From NCBI GenBank assembly GCA_020184695.1, contig JAANOX010000069.1, positions 248,001 through 312,000 of the forward strand: DNA of 64,000 nt, given 5' to 3'. The notes under the pieces are model-generated. The model saw nothing but the letters and a program-made list of their open reading frames with translations. It ran no database searches and was not told the origin of the DNA. The number at the start of each line of letters is the position of its first letter. Within the stretch, counting starts at the first letter, position 1. This stretch comes from Histomonas meleagridis 2922-C6/04-290x. Its lineage: Eukaryota; Protista; Parabasalia. The position numbers were made by a program, and so were the translations under genes. Of the stretch, positions 1 to 10,690 are shown piece by piece.

Positions 1-8
1 TTTTTCAT

Positions 9-959
9 ATGAATGAACGAAATTTAATTAAAGAAGATATTTCAAAATTATTTAACCAATTTCATACAAAAGGAAACACTCAATATTATAATATATTTTA
101 TGACTATTACGATAAGCATTCGAATAACCAAATGAAAAATAATAATAAACTTGATGATAAATTAATTAAAGAAGGAAATAATCCGAATGAAATTGCGAAA
201 ATAATTCGGAATGATGAAATCGAAAAACTTCAAGAAATATCATCACAACATAATTTTGACTTTAATCAAATAATAAAACCATCGCCTTATGAAAGATGTT
301 CATTTGTTAATGAAGAAAATGTTACATTAATTGATTATGCAGCATTTTTTTCATCTGTTAAATGTTTCAAATATTTACTTGTGAATGGTGCAAAATTAGA
401 AAGTACAGGTAAATATGCGATTGCAGGTGGGAATTTAGAAATTCTTCATCTATGTGAACAAAATCATACATTATTTGAAAATGCATATGAAACAGCAGTT
501 AAATTTCATCGAAACGATAACTTTCATTATTTATATGAAAATAAAATTGAAAAAATTAATAATTTGGGGGAATTAGGAGTTAAATGTGTTTTATGTTATA
601 ACTTTGAAATTTTAATATATTTAATTGATGATGGAATGAAAATTAATGATAATGTTATTAATGAATCAGTAAGAAACGGAAACATATTTCTTGTTCAATA
701 CTTTTTCCAAAACAATCAAATTCCAAAAGATATTTTATTAAATATTTCCAATTCAAGTAATCTTGAGCTTGTTAAATATATTTTGAAACAAGAAGGAATT
801 AATATTAATGCTAAAAGTATTTATTTGTTTAATTTGGATTTTATTTTAATAATTTAATATTTTAAAAAAAATATTTGGAAATTAATCAAATTATTTGAGA
901 CAGCATATATTTTAGCATGTTCAAGTGGTTATGCAGAAATAGTACAATTACAAAAATAA
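9..959 (+). CDS. DUF3447-type ankyrin repeat protein (locus A); last ankyrin module lies beyond an 81-nt stop-containing spacer; may be 5'-truncated by the window edge
   Basis: ORF 9-857 has NPNEIAKIIRND...LIDYAAFF..KCFKYL and ends INAKS+AT-rich tail; module TAYILACSSGYAEIVQLQK* resumes in frame at 900-959. Confidence 0.8.
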
Positions 960-989
960 CGGTCGCTTTATTGAAAAAGTGCTAATTTA

Positions 990-1934
990 ATGGGCACAGG
1001 AACATCTGTTGCTCATGTTGATGATGATTCCTCCCAAATACCAAATGAAGTAATTGGAATGACTTCATTCAATGGGAAAGTTTTGATTTATACAAAACAA
1101 AATTATGTTGAAGTTAGATCAAAGTCAGAGGTTATTTCATCAAGATTTTTGAGTTTGACACCATCTTGCGCTTGTGCAATTGAATCAGAAACCTACATTA
1201 TTGGTTTTCAAAACGGATGTATATCCGAATTTGATTCTGATCTAAATCTTTTAATGACATATTCACTTCCTGGATCCACTAAAGCACATTCAGAAAATGT
1301 TTTATGTGTAGCTAGTTCAAAAAACTGTCATCTATTTTCAATTGGATCGGACAAAGTTGCACATATTTGGGATTCAACAGGTACACATATTAAATCATTT
1401 ACAAGCAAAAGTACTTACAACGTAGCTTGCTGCTCTAGCAAGTACTGTTGGGTTTCAGATACTAATTCAAAAATATCAGTTATAGATCTTTCTACAAACA
1501 CAATGACTTATCCACTCGATATCCGATCTAATGCGACCAGCATGGCACCTCTTCCTAATGAAACTTGTTGTATTGCTGCTCTTGATGACGGGTCTGTTTG
1601 TATTTTGACAGCATTACAAGTTATCGCTCAGTTCACTTTTTCGGGGCGCCCCAAACCAATACGAAGTATTTGCCCGCTTAAAGTTGATAATACTACAGGA
1701 TTAATTAGCTATGTTGCTGTTGATAGTGATGGAGTTCTAACGTTGCGCGCACTTGAATGCATAGTTTCAGAAATTGGTGCGTGTAAACCTTTCTTTGCGG
1801 CAACAAAAGATGAGATCATAGTTTTGATGAATGACCACATTTCAAGATATAGTCGAGCACAATTAGAAGAAGAATCCGTCAAGGACCTTGGGAGACTTGA
1901 ACTCCCTAGAAAACAGATTGTCCAATTTTTATGA
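990..1934 (+). CDS. WD40-like beta-propeller protein with N-myristoylation motif
   Basis: Starts MGTGTS (MGxxxS); WD-like segments such as HSENVLCVA...LFSIGSDKVAHIWD. Confidence 0.7.
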   Translation: MGTGTSVAHVDDDSSQIPNEVIGMTSFNGKVLIYTKQNYVEVRSKSEVISSRFLSLTPSCACAIESETYIIGFQNGCISEFDSDLNLLMTYSLPGSTKAHSENVLCVASSKNCHLFSIGSDKVAHIWDSTGTHIKSFTSKSTYNVACCSSKYCWVSDTNSKISVIDLSTNTMTYPLDIRSNATSMAPLPNETCCIAALDDGSVCILTALQVIAQFTFSGRPKPIRSICPLKVDNTTGLISYVAVDSDGVLTLRALECIVSEIGACKPFFAATKDEIIVLMNDHISRYSRAQLEEESVKDLGRLELPRKQIVQFL

Positions 1935-2115
1935 AGATGTTAATGAAGCATGCTCATAAATGGGATTTTCTTTCAGTTATATGATTCTAAATAGATATTT
2001 TATGCTTGTATTAATATTTTTTTGGGAAAAATGATTTTTTTTGAACTGGTTTTAATCGTAAGCTAAAAAGTGCCGTCAAACGGAAAAAATTGAATGGAAA
2101 ACACGTTAATTAAAA

Positions 2116-3801
2116 ATGGAAACAGAAGTAAATATTGTTATAAGTGAAACTCCAACAATTTTTTTATTCCAACAACAAAGCTCTATAGAAAGTTTTGCAA
2201 CTGATAGAGCGCAAGAAATTCAGGAAAAAAATAAAAGATATACACAATATTGTGAAGCAATGGCTACATCAGAAAATTTTGTATCAAGGGAATCGCTCAC
2301 TTTCCACTTATTCATTAAGGACAAAGAAACACAAACAAATAGAATTACAAAAGTTGATGAATCAACCGATGTTTATCTACATGATTTTTATGATGTAAAT
2401 GAAAATAAAAATCAAGAAGAACAAGTTAGTCCTATCACTGTTCTACATGAAAGTTTACATCCATTATCATCATACTTATGGACTGAAACATCTGAAGAAA
2501 CACTCAAAGACCCGAATGCAAAAGTAGATTTTGGACCAAACACAGAGGAAAGTAATGCCACACTTCATAATATGAAAGATATTAACTTATCATTATTTGC
2601 AATTGAGCGAATGGTTCAACAAAATATATACTTAGATAAATTTATTTCATACAAGTCTTTAACCCAAAAAGTTGACAAACCAGGAATTGAACCTTTGATA
2701 CAATTTCAATGTCCCCTCACATATCTTCGCAAAGTTACAAGTATATCATTTAATTCACAAGCTACTAATTTCTTTGCTGCAAGTTATGGTTTGCCACAGC
2801 AAGGACATTCTCCAAATAGCGGCTTAATTTGCGTTTGGAACGTTATGAATCCGGGGTACCCCGAACGCGTAATTGAAACAGAAGAAGTACCCACATCCAT
2901 TAAATTTAGTGAAGGCGTACCATATCTTTTAGCCTCTGGTTTTTCCAATGGGTCAATTGGTATATATGATATTCGACCTAAAAAATGTGAATGTATTGCT
3001 AAATCATCTGTTGATAAAGGATCTCATGAAGGATCTGTTGGAGAAGTAACATTCCAACAAAGAACTGATACACGAGTGCGTAGTGAAGCAGTTGTTTCTG
3101 TTGCTTATGGTGGAAGAGTTACTCAATGGACAGTTGCAAATGGGCTTGAACACAAAGATTTAGTTGTTTTAAAGAAGCTTAAGGTCCTTAGCAAAGAGGG
3201 TAAAGCGCAAATGTTACGATATGAAGATCTTCATTGTGTATCATTTAGCAAATCTCAACCTAATACATATGTTGTTGGAAGTGAAGATGGCGCAATATTT
3301 GTTTGCGATGCGCAATATAATGAAGACTTTATACAAAAACTTTTATTCCATTTCAGAGCTGTACTTTCTGTAAGATTTTCACCCATTGTACCCAATTGGT
3401 TTATTTCTGGGAGCTGCGATGGATCTGCTGCTATTTGGAACACAAGTAGGCAAACTCCAGTGACTGCTTTTTATTTAGGGAAATCAACATTTAATGTGAT
3501 CGAATGGTCACCAATCAGTGGAACTGTTTTTGCTGCTGCTTGTAGTGACGGCGAATGCAGGATTTGGGACATTTCATTGGATTCTGTTGATCCGGTGGCA
3601 AAATTTATCCCATTTGATAAAAAGGAATTAACTGCATTAGATTGGTCACCAAAATTACCCGTTTTTATATGCGGTAATACAAATGGCGTGATACATTTGG
3701 CAAAAGTGGTTGGAGTTCAATCACTTGTGTCTGGTAATGATATAGAAATGGAAAAGAAAAGATTTGAAAGCGTGATTCAATTGATCTCGAATCAAGAATG
3801 A
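2116..3801 (+). CDS. Axonemal dynein intermediate chain (DNAI4/WDR78- or DNAI1-like), WD40
   Basis: ERMVQQNIY motif, GLICVWN...PERV, YVVGSEDG, FISGSCD..AAIW and DVDPV-like C-terminal blades typical of dynein intermediate chains. Confidence 0.8.
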   Translation: METEVNIVISETPTIFLFQQQSSIESFATDRAQEIQEKNKRYTQYCEAMATSENFVSRESLTFHLFIKDKETQTNRITKVDESTDVYLHDFYDVNENKNQEEQVSPITVLHESLHPLSSYLWTETSEETLKDPNAKVDFGPNTEESNATLHNMKDINLSLFAIERMVQQNIYLDKFISYKSLTQKVDKPGIEPLIQFQCPLTYLRKVTSISFNSQATNFFAASYGLPQQGHSPNSGLICVWNVMNPGYPERVIETEEVPTSIKFSEGVPYLLASGFSNGSIGIYDIRPKKCECIAKSSVDKGSHEGSVGEVTFQQRTDTRVRSEAVVSVAYGGRVTQWTVANGLEHKDLVVLKKLKVLSKEGKAQMLRYEDLHCVSFSKSQPNTYVVGSEDGAIFVCDAQYNEDFIQKLLFHFRAVLSVRFSPIVPNWFISGSCDGSAAIWNTSRQTPVTAFYLGKSTFNVIEWSPISGTVFAAACSDGECRIWDISLDSVDPVAKFIPFDKKELTALDWSPKLPVFICGNTNGVIHLAKVVGVQSLVSGNDIEMEKKRFESVIQLISNQE

Positions 3802-4078
3802 AATAGATTTGTGTAAACTTATGCTAAAAGAAATTGTTAAAAAAAACTCTTTAATTAAAAACTCTTTCATTTTTATACCAAATACATTTAAATAACATTC
3901 CAACTTGAAAAATGTTTTTTCGCTAAACTTACATAAGATTGTTTTGAGCTCAAAATATTGTTGCAAAGTTTTAGATACACAGCATTACTACGCTTGGTTT
4001 TTAGGGTATTACTTTGTAAGCAACTTAAAAAAAGTTGAGGTGCCCCATATTTTGTGTTAAACTTCTTATTTTAAGCAT

Positions 4079-5050
4079 ATGGATTTGGAAACTATATACA
4101 TAAATAAAGTAGAAAATCTTGTAAAAAAATCCATAACTGGTCCTCCAGGCACACCTGATTGGAGTAGCATTCTACAAATTCTCAGTATTTTTGATTCCCA
4201 ACCAGGATCTGTTCCAATTTTTCTTACTATTATCTGCAAATATATTTCAAAAGGCACCTTTGCTGCCAAACAAAATTCGTTAATATTAGTTGATGCCCTA
4301 TTCAAGAATTCCAAACGACAACAACTTCAATCACTTCAATCCCCAGTTTTAATGAAGCACCTTTCCCAACCAGGTATTTCAGAAAATCCTGCCCTACAGA
4401 ATTTCCTCTATAAGACAACACCTTCCTGGATCAATTCATGTACTTCTCAAAATTGCCTTGATCCCAAATTTTCCAAATGGCAACAAAGCCAATTTTCAAC
4501 TCATTTTGTTCCCAAGCTAACACGTAGCATTAAGAAGAAGTTTTATGACAACATTTCTGCGTCCATGGAATTGCTAGTCATGTTTTCACAATGTATCATA
4601 GCTTCATTTGCAGACGGTGGAACTGAAGAAGGTCTTCTCAAAGAAATGATACCAAATGTTCGTGAGATTGCGCGACGGTTATGCGATTTGGAACCGACGA
4701 TTGTTGATCCCGATCTCCGAAATGCGCTTCGGATAACGCACGACTTTTGCGACTTTTGCCAGCAGACTTTTGGCACGTATAAGAAAACTAAAGAAGTAAA
4801 CACTAACGATGTTGTTGCTGCAGCAACGAAAGCGCAAAACAAACTGAACGCGATAATATCAAAGAAAAAAGAGCCGAAAGAAAAAGAAATCACGAAAAAG
4901 AAAAAAGAAAAAAACGATTTAACTGTCGAAGAATTCTTTGCTGAGTTAGATAAGTTGAAAAGTAATAATAATTCTGTGGATAAGAAGGAAAATGTGGAAC
5001 AAGAAAAGAAAAATAACAATGAAGATTTACTTTCGCTAATTGGATTTTAA
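4079..5050 (+). CDS. VHS-domain protein with GAT-like helices (TOM1-like trafficking adaptor)
   Basis: PDWSSILQI...NSLILVDALFKNS resembles VHS; helical middle; acidic-hydrophobic C-terminus EDLLSLIGF. Confidence 0.6.
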   Translation: MDLETIYINKVENLVKKSITGPPGTPDWSSILQILSIFDSQPGSVPIFLTIICKYISKGTFAAKQNSLILVDALFKNSKRQQLQSLQSPVLMKHLSQPGISENPALQNFLYKTTPSWINSCTSQNCLDPKFSKWQQSQFSTHFVPKLTRSIKKKFYDNISASMELLVMFSQCIIASFADGGTEEGLLKEMIPNVREIARRLCDLEPTIVDPDLRNALRITHDFCDFCQQTFGTYKKTKEVNTNDVVAAATKAQNKLNAIISKKKEPKEKEITKKKKEKNDLTVEEFFAELDKLKSNNNSVDKKENVEQEKKNNNEDLLSLIGF

Positions 5051-5182
5051 ATTCTTGTCGTTACTATTCAAAAATAATAATAAAAAATATTTTGTTTATA
5101 AAATATATTTTTTAGAGATATCAAAAATTTATTACAAAAACACATTTTATTAAGTAAATACTTATAAACATGTCAAAAATGG

Positions 5183-5860
5183 TCAAAATAAGGACATTGG
5201 GTTGTTGGGTTTTAATCCTTTTTTAATTAAATTATTGACATTAAAAATAATTTGTAAAAATTGATCGCGAAAAACAAGAGCGAATTGAATGTTTATGAGT
5301 TCTCTTTCTAGATTTTCAGAATATAAAAATGGGATATTAGCAGATAATTTTCTCAATCTTTGAGAACAATGAAGAAAACAATGGAATAATCTTAGTGCTT
5401 CTGTAACTTTTGGTAGATCTATCTCTTGGCTTAAGTTGGTACATATAGCAGAAAGACTTTGAAAATATTTATGAGACTTATTAAAGTAATTTCTTGTTTT
5501 CTTATCTTGAATCGTTTTATCAAATATGGTCATTCCATTTGAAATTTGGTTTAACAAAAAAATTATATTTTGAACTTTGAAATTTAAAATACATTGATTT
5601 TCAAAGTTCTCTATTGGAAAATTAAATCGACCCATGGGCTCTCCTCTTGACATAAGCTCTTTTAATTCTCTTAAATAAAAACAAAAATCATACAAAAATT
5701 TTTGACAATTGAATTGTGGATAATATTGATTAACTACATTAGCAGTTGACTCACTTGATAACACATTCACAACCCATTCAACTTGAAACTTTAAAGGACC
5801 AAGGAAACCAAAGTCTACTGCTTGAATTTTGAAATTCGAATTTTCCACTTTTTTTACCAC
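5183..5860 (-). CDS. Hypothetical protein; start codon uncertain
   Basis: 225-codon open frame in AT-rich DNA opening at GTG; no recognisable motif. Confidence 0.4.
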   Translation of the reverse strand: MVKKVENSNFKIQAVDFGFLGPLKFQVEWVVNVLSSESTANVVNQYYPQFNCQKFLYDFCFYLRELKELMSRGEPMGRFNFPIENFENQCILNFKVQNIIFLLNQISNGMTIFDKTIQDKKTRNYFNKSHKYFQSLSAICTNLSQEIDLPKVTEALRLFHCFLHCSQRLRKLSANIPFLYSENLERELINIQFALVFRDQFLQIIFNVNNLIKKGLKPNNPMSLF

Positions 5861-5926
5861 TTTTATGTAAAGTCCTTATCTGGTGCCGACATAAGCGCTT
5901 TCAAATTTGAACTTCCTGTTCATAAA

Positions 5927-7595
5927 ATGACTTTCTTTTTTCTTCTTTTTTCACATTCTTTGCAGACATACGATAGTAAAACAAAAACGCTTACAATAAA
6001 TAATCCAAGTGAATTTAATGATGACTACCAATTAAGTACTCTACATATTATTATTGGAGAAGGAATCAAAGAAATTCCAAAAAATGCATTTGAACTGTGG
6101 ATAGGTGTACTTTCTGTGGATATCGGTAATTCAGTTACTTTAATTGGAACGAGTGCATTTATGTCGTGTGTATCAATTTGATAACAATTATTTTGGGTGA
6201 AAATTTAACTACGATTAATGCCACTGCATTTGCAGGGTGTCCAATAACAAACATTAGCATACCAAAATCTGTTTCTTCAATTAACTCAGATTCATTTATG
6301 AGGTGTCATAAGCTTAATCACATTGCAATATCTGAAGACAACGCACACTATTCCAACTTTAATAACGATGGTGTTATATATGATAAAGACATCACAACAA
6401 TTATTTTTTTCCCATCTGCCAAAAAAACCGAATATCAAATTCCGGATACAATCATAACCATTGGCAAATTATCATTTTTTGAATGTATAAATTCACAAGA
6501 TTTAATAATACCAAATAATGTCTTAATTATTGAAGCGAATGCATTTATGTCATCAAGTTTTAAGTCAATTACAATTGGTGATAATGTTAAAACGATTGAA
6601 GCTGCATTTTCATATTCGGTAATTGAGAACATAACAATTTCGAGTTCTGTTACTTCAATATCCGAAAATGCATTTAAAGAATGTAATCATCTTCAATACA
6701 TTAAAGTTTCGGAACAAAATCCGAAATATTCCAATTATGAAAACGACGGAATTTTATACGACAAAAATGTTTCATATCTTATACAATATCCACAAGGAAA
6801 CAAAAACGAAATATTTAATATACCAAATTCAGTTGATACAATTCGAAATGAATCATTTTCTGGCTGTAATAACATTAAAATTGTTACAATTCCTGAATCA
6901 GTTACATTAATTCAACAAAATTATTTCGGCTCTTGTAAAAATCTTCGAATTATTAACATATCGAAATCAAATCCAAAATATTCCAATTATGAAAATGATG
7001 GAGTTGTTTATGATAAAAATATTACCAAATTAATTGTATATCCTTTATTTAAAGAAATTTCTGATTTAATTTTACCAAATACTTTAATTAACATTGGCAA
7101 AAGTGCTTTTTCTAAAGTCAAATTTTTGGTAAACTTAACAATTCCAAATTCCATAAAAATAATTGAAGAATTAGCTTTTAATGAATGTTATAATTTAACA
7201 ACTCTATATATCGGGGAAAATGTGGAAGAAATTCAATCATTAGCGTTTTCTGAGTGCTTCAAACTACAATGTATTTATTTTTTTATGGTAAAAAAATAAA
7301 CCAACAGTTGCTGAGAATGCGTTTTGATAAAGATCGAGCAAAAAAAGGAATGACATCAGAAACATATAAAAGTAGCAAATTTGGTGCTTTAGATGTAGCT
7401 AAAGGAAAATTAATCGATGAATGCAATCCAAATTATGGTGTCGAAGATAATAATAAATGGAAAATTGTTGTTGGAGTTTGCGTTCCAATTGGAGTTATAA
7501 TTGTCATCGGAGTGATTTTGATCGCTAGGAAAAAGAAAATGAATCGTAAAAATAATTTATCGAGTATTTCAAACGAATACGAAAAATTAAACTAA
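5927..7595 (+). pseudogene. BspA-like LRR_5 surface protein (signal peptide, LRRs, TM, short tail), frameshifted or mis-assembled
   Basis: ATG at 5927 preceded by Inr-like TCATA; TpLRR motifs (IPxSVTxIxxxAFxxC); TM IVVGVCVPIGVIIVIGVILIA; frame changes near 6168 and 7278-7325. Confidence 0.75.
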
Positions 7596-8096
7596 ATAAA
7601 TTTAATAATTTTGAAAAACATAATAAAACTGAGTGAAATCAGGTTGAAACACTTCAACTAATTTGAGATTTACTGTATCCTGAATAGAGTTTTAACATAT
7701 AACTGTAATTGCATCTGAATAAATAAATCAATGGTTTGCTTGTTTGTTAAAAAAATTATTTTCTGATTTAAAGTTTGATATTATTATACAGAACTATTTT
7801 TTTGTTTTAAATAATTTTTTGAATAAATTAAATTAGCTAATGAAATTAAATTGTTTTGTTTTAATGAGAATACTAATTTTGCTTAAAATCAATAAAATTG
7901 TTCAAAATATATTTAAATACATATGCTAAAATTCGTTAACAAAAAATCAAACACATTTTGATCACCTTTTAAAATTGAGAAGATAATTGGTTGGATGTAA
8001 AAACGACTGATTACGATTAAATGCAATTCAATTACAAACTTTTTCATAATATGGGTAACCAAAGACATCATTTCAAGTTTCGGAGTTTTTTTCTGT

Positions 8097-10121
8097 ATGG
8101 GAGGAAGTCAAAGCCATGCAACAACTAACAGAGGAAATCTCCAAATATTACAAGATCTAGAAAAAATTATATTTGATTTAAATGAAAATAATATTGATCA
8201 ATTAGTTGAATCTTCATTAAATTACATTTCTTTAGAATTTCAATATTCTATTCTTCATATCATTTATAGAATTATTTATTCATATTTTGTATCACGTGGC
8301 TATGAAAAATTATGTTTCAAGTATTTACAAACAATCGAAACAAAGTCAAGTTATAATATCATCAACATTTTCACTCAATTATTATTATCAACTGATAGTC
8401 AAGAATCAAATTATCTTTTAGAAAAAATGATTGAAGACGAGATAATTGAACCAAAAATTATCCAAACATATTTTATGCATTATTTCCCAGAAAAAGAAAA
8501 CATTAACAAGCAAATAGAAGAACTTAAAGAAAATGATTTTGAACTGCATAAGAAATTAATTGAAGAAGGACATAATCCAAATGAAATTGCGAAAATAATT
8601 CGAAATGATGAAACAGAAAAACTTCAAGAAATATCATCACAAACAAATTTTGATTTTAATCAAACAATTGAACCATCACCTTCTGAAAGATGTTCATTTG
8701 TTAATAAAGAAAATGTTACATTAATTGATTATGCAGCATTTTTTTCAGCAGTTAAATGTTTTAAATATTTACTTATGAATGGAGCAAAAGTAGAAAACAC
8801 AGGTAAATATGCAGTTGCAGGTGGAAATGAGGAAATTATTCATTTATGTGAACAAAATCATTCATCATTTGAAGATGCATACGAAACAGCAATTGAATTT
8901 CATCAAAATGATATATTTATATATTTATATAATAAGACAAATATGGATACCAACGATTTAATAAAATTAGGAATTAAGTGTATTAAATATAATAATTATG
9001 AAATATTTTCATTTTTAGAAAAAGAGGGAATGGAAATAAATGATAATATTATTCAACAAGTTTCAGAAAATGGTAATACTTTATTAATAAATGATTTCAT
9101 TCACGTGCATAATATTCCAAAAAACATAATCTTGTTCGCTTATAAATCAAGAAATATTGAAACTGTTAAATTACTTCTTGAACAAAAAGGAATTGATATT
9201 AATGCAAAAGATATTATAATTGTTTTACTTAATATTTCTTCTAATAATTTTATATATATTTTATTCATTTAATATTTATTTTATTTTTTTAGAACAGCAC
9301 TTATATTGTCATCTGAAAATAATTACATTGATATGGTTCAATTCCTTCTTGAACAAAAAGGAATTGATATTAATGCAAAAGATATTTATTTATTATATTT
9401 AATATTTCTTTTTATAATAAAGTGTTTGATAATATTATTTGGACATTTTTTAAATTGTTTAAAACAGCACTTATTTTAGCATCTGAAAATGGTCATACAG
9501 AAATAGTTAAATTACTTATTAAACAAAAAGAAATTGATATTAATGCCAAAGATATTTATTTAATTTGTTCAAAATTTATATCATTGCATTGATGTATACA
9601 AATAATTTTTAATATTTTTTGAAATTATTATGTACAGCTTTAATGTATTCATCATTCAATGGTTACACAGAAATTGTTAAATTACTTCTTGTACAAAAAG
9701 AAATAGAAGTTAATACAATATCTGTTTACTAATATCTCTTACTATTTACATGTTTTTTTTGGTGTATATATTTCTTGTATGGAATTTTTTGAATTTGTTT
9801 TGGACGGCGATTTGTGCCGCTTCGCGTGGGGGTTATGTTGAAATCGTTAAATTGCTTCTTAAGCAAAAAGGAATTGATGTAAATGTAGAAACGAATGTCT
9901 CTTTGCTATATTTAAAGTTTATTGTTTTAAATTAATGTTTCTTAATATGATTTTGGAATGCTCTAATGTATGGATGTTATTATGGTTTAAATGATGCTCA
10001 GCATAGAGAAATCGCTAAATTACTTTTACAGGTTGATAATATTGAAGTTGATCCATTTTTACTTCCGCGGAACCAGGATCCAGAAATAGAAGAAATGATC
10101 AAACAAAAATGCAAAAAATAA
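8097..10121 (+). CDS. Myristoylated DUF3447 ankyrin protein (locus B) with five spacer-interrupted ankyrin modules
   Basis: MGGSQS start; ORF stops at 9272; modules resume at 9294, 9464, 9634, 9804 and 9957 (TALILSSENN, TALILASENG, TALMYSSFNG, TAICAASRGG, NALMYGCYYG); final stop 10119-10121. Confidence 0.8.
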
Positions 10122-10434
10122 TTACGTTAAAACTTCACGTCTTAAGAAATAATTTAAAATGATGAACTTAGTAGATTTTTTTAATGAATCTTAAAAAAAT
10201 TGTTTTAATAACCTTAAAGAATGTTGTGATCGTGTAACCCAGAACACATTAAACGTGTCATAATCAGTTAATTTGTCAGAAAATGCAAATGATTTTTTAA
10301 ATAATGAAATGAGATTGTCGCACAAGATTTACATATCAAAAAAGAGCTCTGTAATGGTTTTAAATTTGTACTTTGTTATTTGTAGATTCTGCAAAAAAAA
10401 TATGATGGGCTCATATAGGTAAAAAACAAAAAAA

Positions 10435-10516
10435 CGACACGAACCAGATTCGAACTGATGAGGGATAAACCCATGGGGACTCAAATCCCACGCCTTAACC
10501 ACTCGGCCATCGTGCC
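10435..10516 (-). tRNA. tRNA-Ser(UGA), type II (long variable arm)
   Basis: GGCACGA/TCGTGTC acceptor stem, G73, GCCGAGTGGTTAAGGC D arm, TGGGA-TTTGAGT-CCCCA anticodon arm, GGG-TTTAT-CCC variable arm, ATCAG-TTCGAAT-CTGGT T arm. Confidence 0.85.
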
Positions 10517-10690
10517 TCTGATTTCTTTTTTGATTGTTTTATACTAGATATTAAAATATAAATTTCTTTCGATTTTTTTCCAAATCTGAATGTTCAATGA
10601 TAAGTCATTTGACATGATTTTTACATATTTATTTTATTAACAACCGAAATAAAGTCCAAAATGCTTTACAAATTTTAATAGATTTTTAAT

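Noticed and set aside
4543-5019. Antisense ORF (also 38407-38955, 29277-29624, 24367-24798, 54922-55584 and similar)
   Set aside because: Shadows of real genes on the opposite strand or frame, with no independent motifs
9211-9295. Ankyrin spacers as U12-type AT-AC introns (G|ATATT...AC|AGC)
   Set aside because: The join is out of frame, the 5' end lacks ATATCCTT, and several junctions lack the AT or AC
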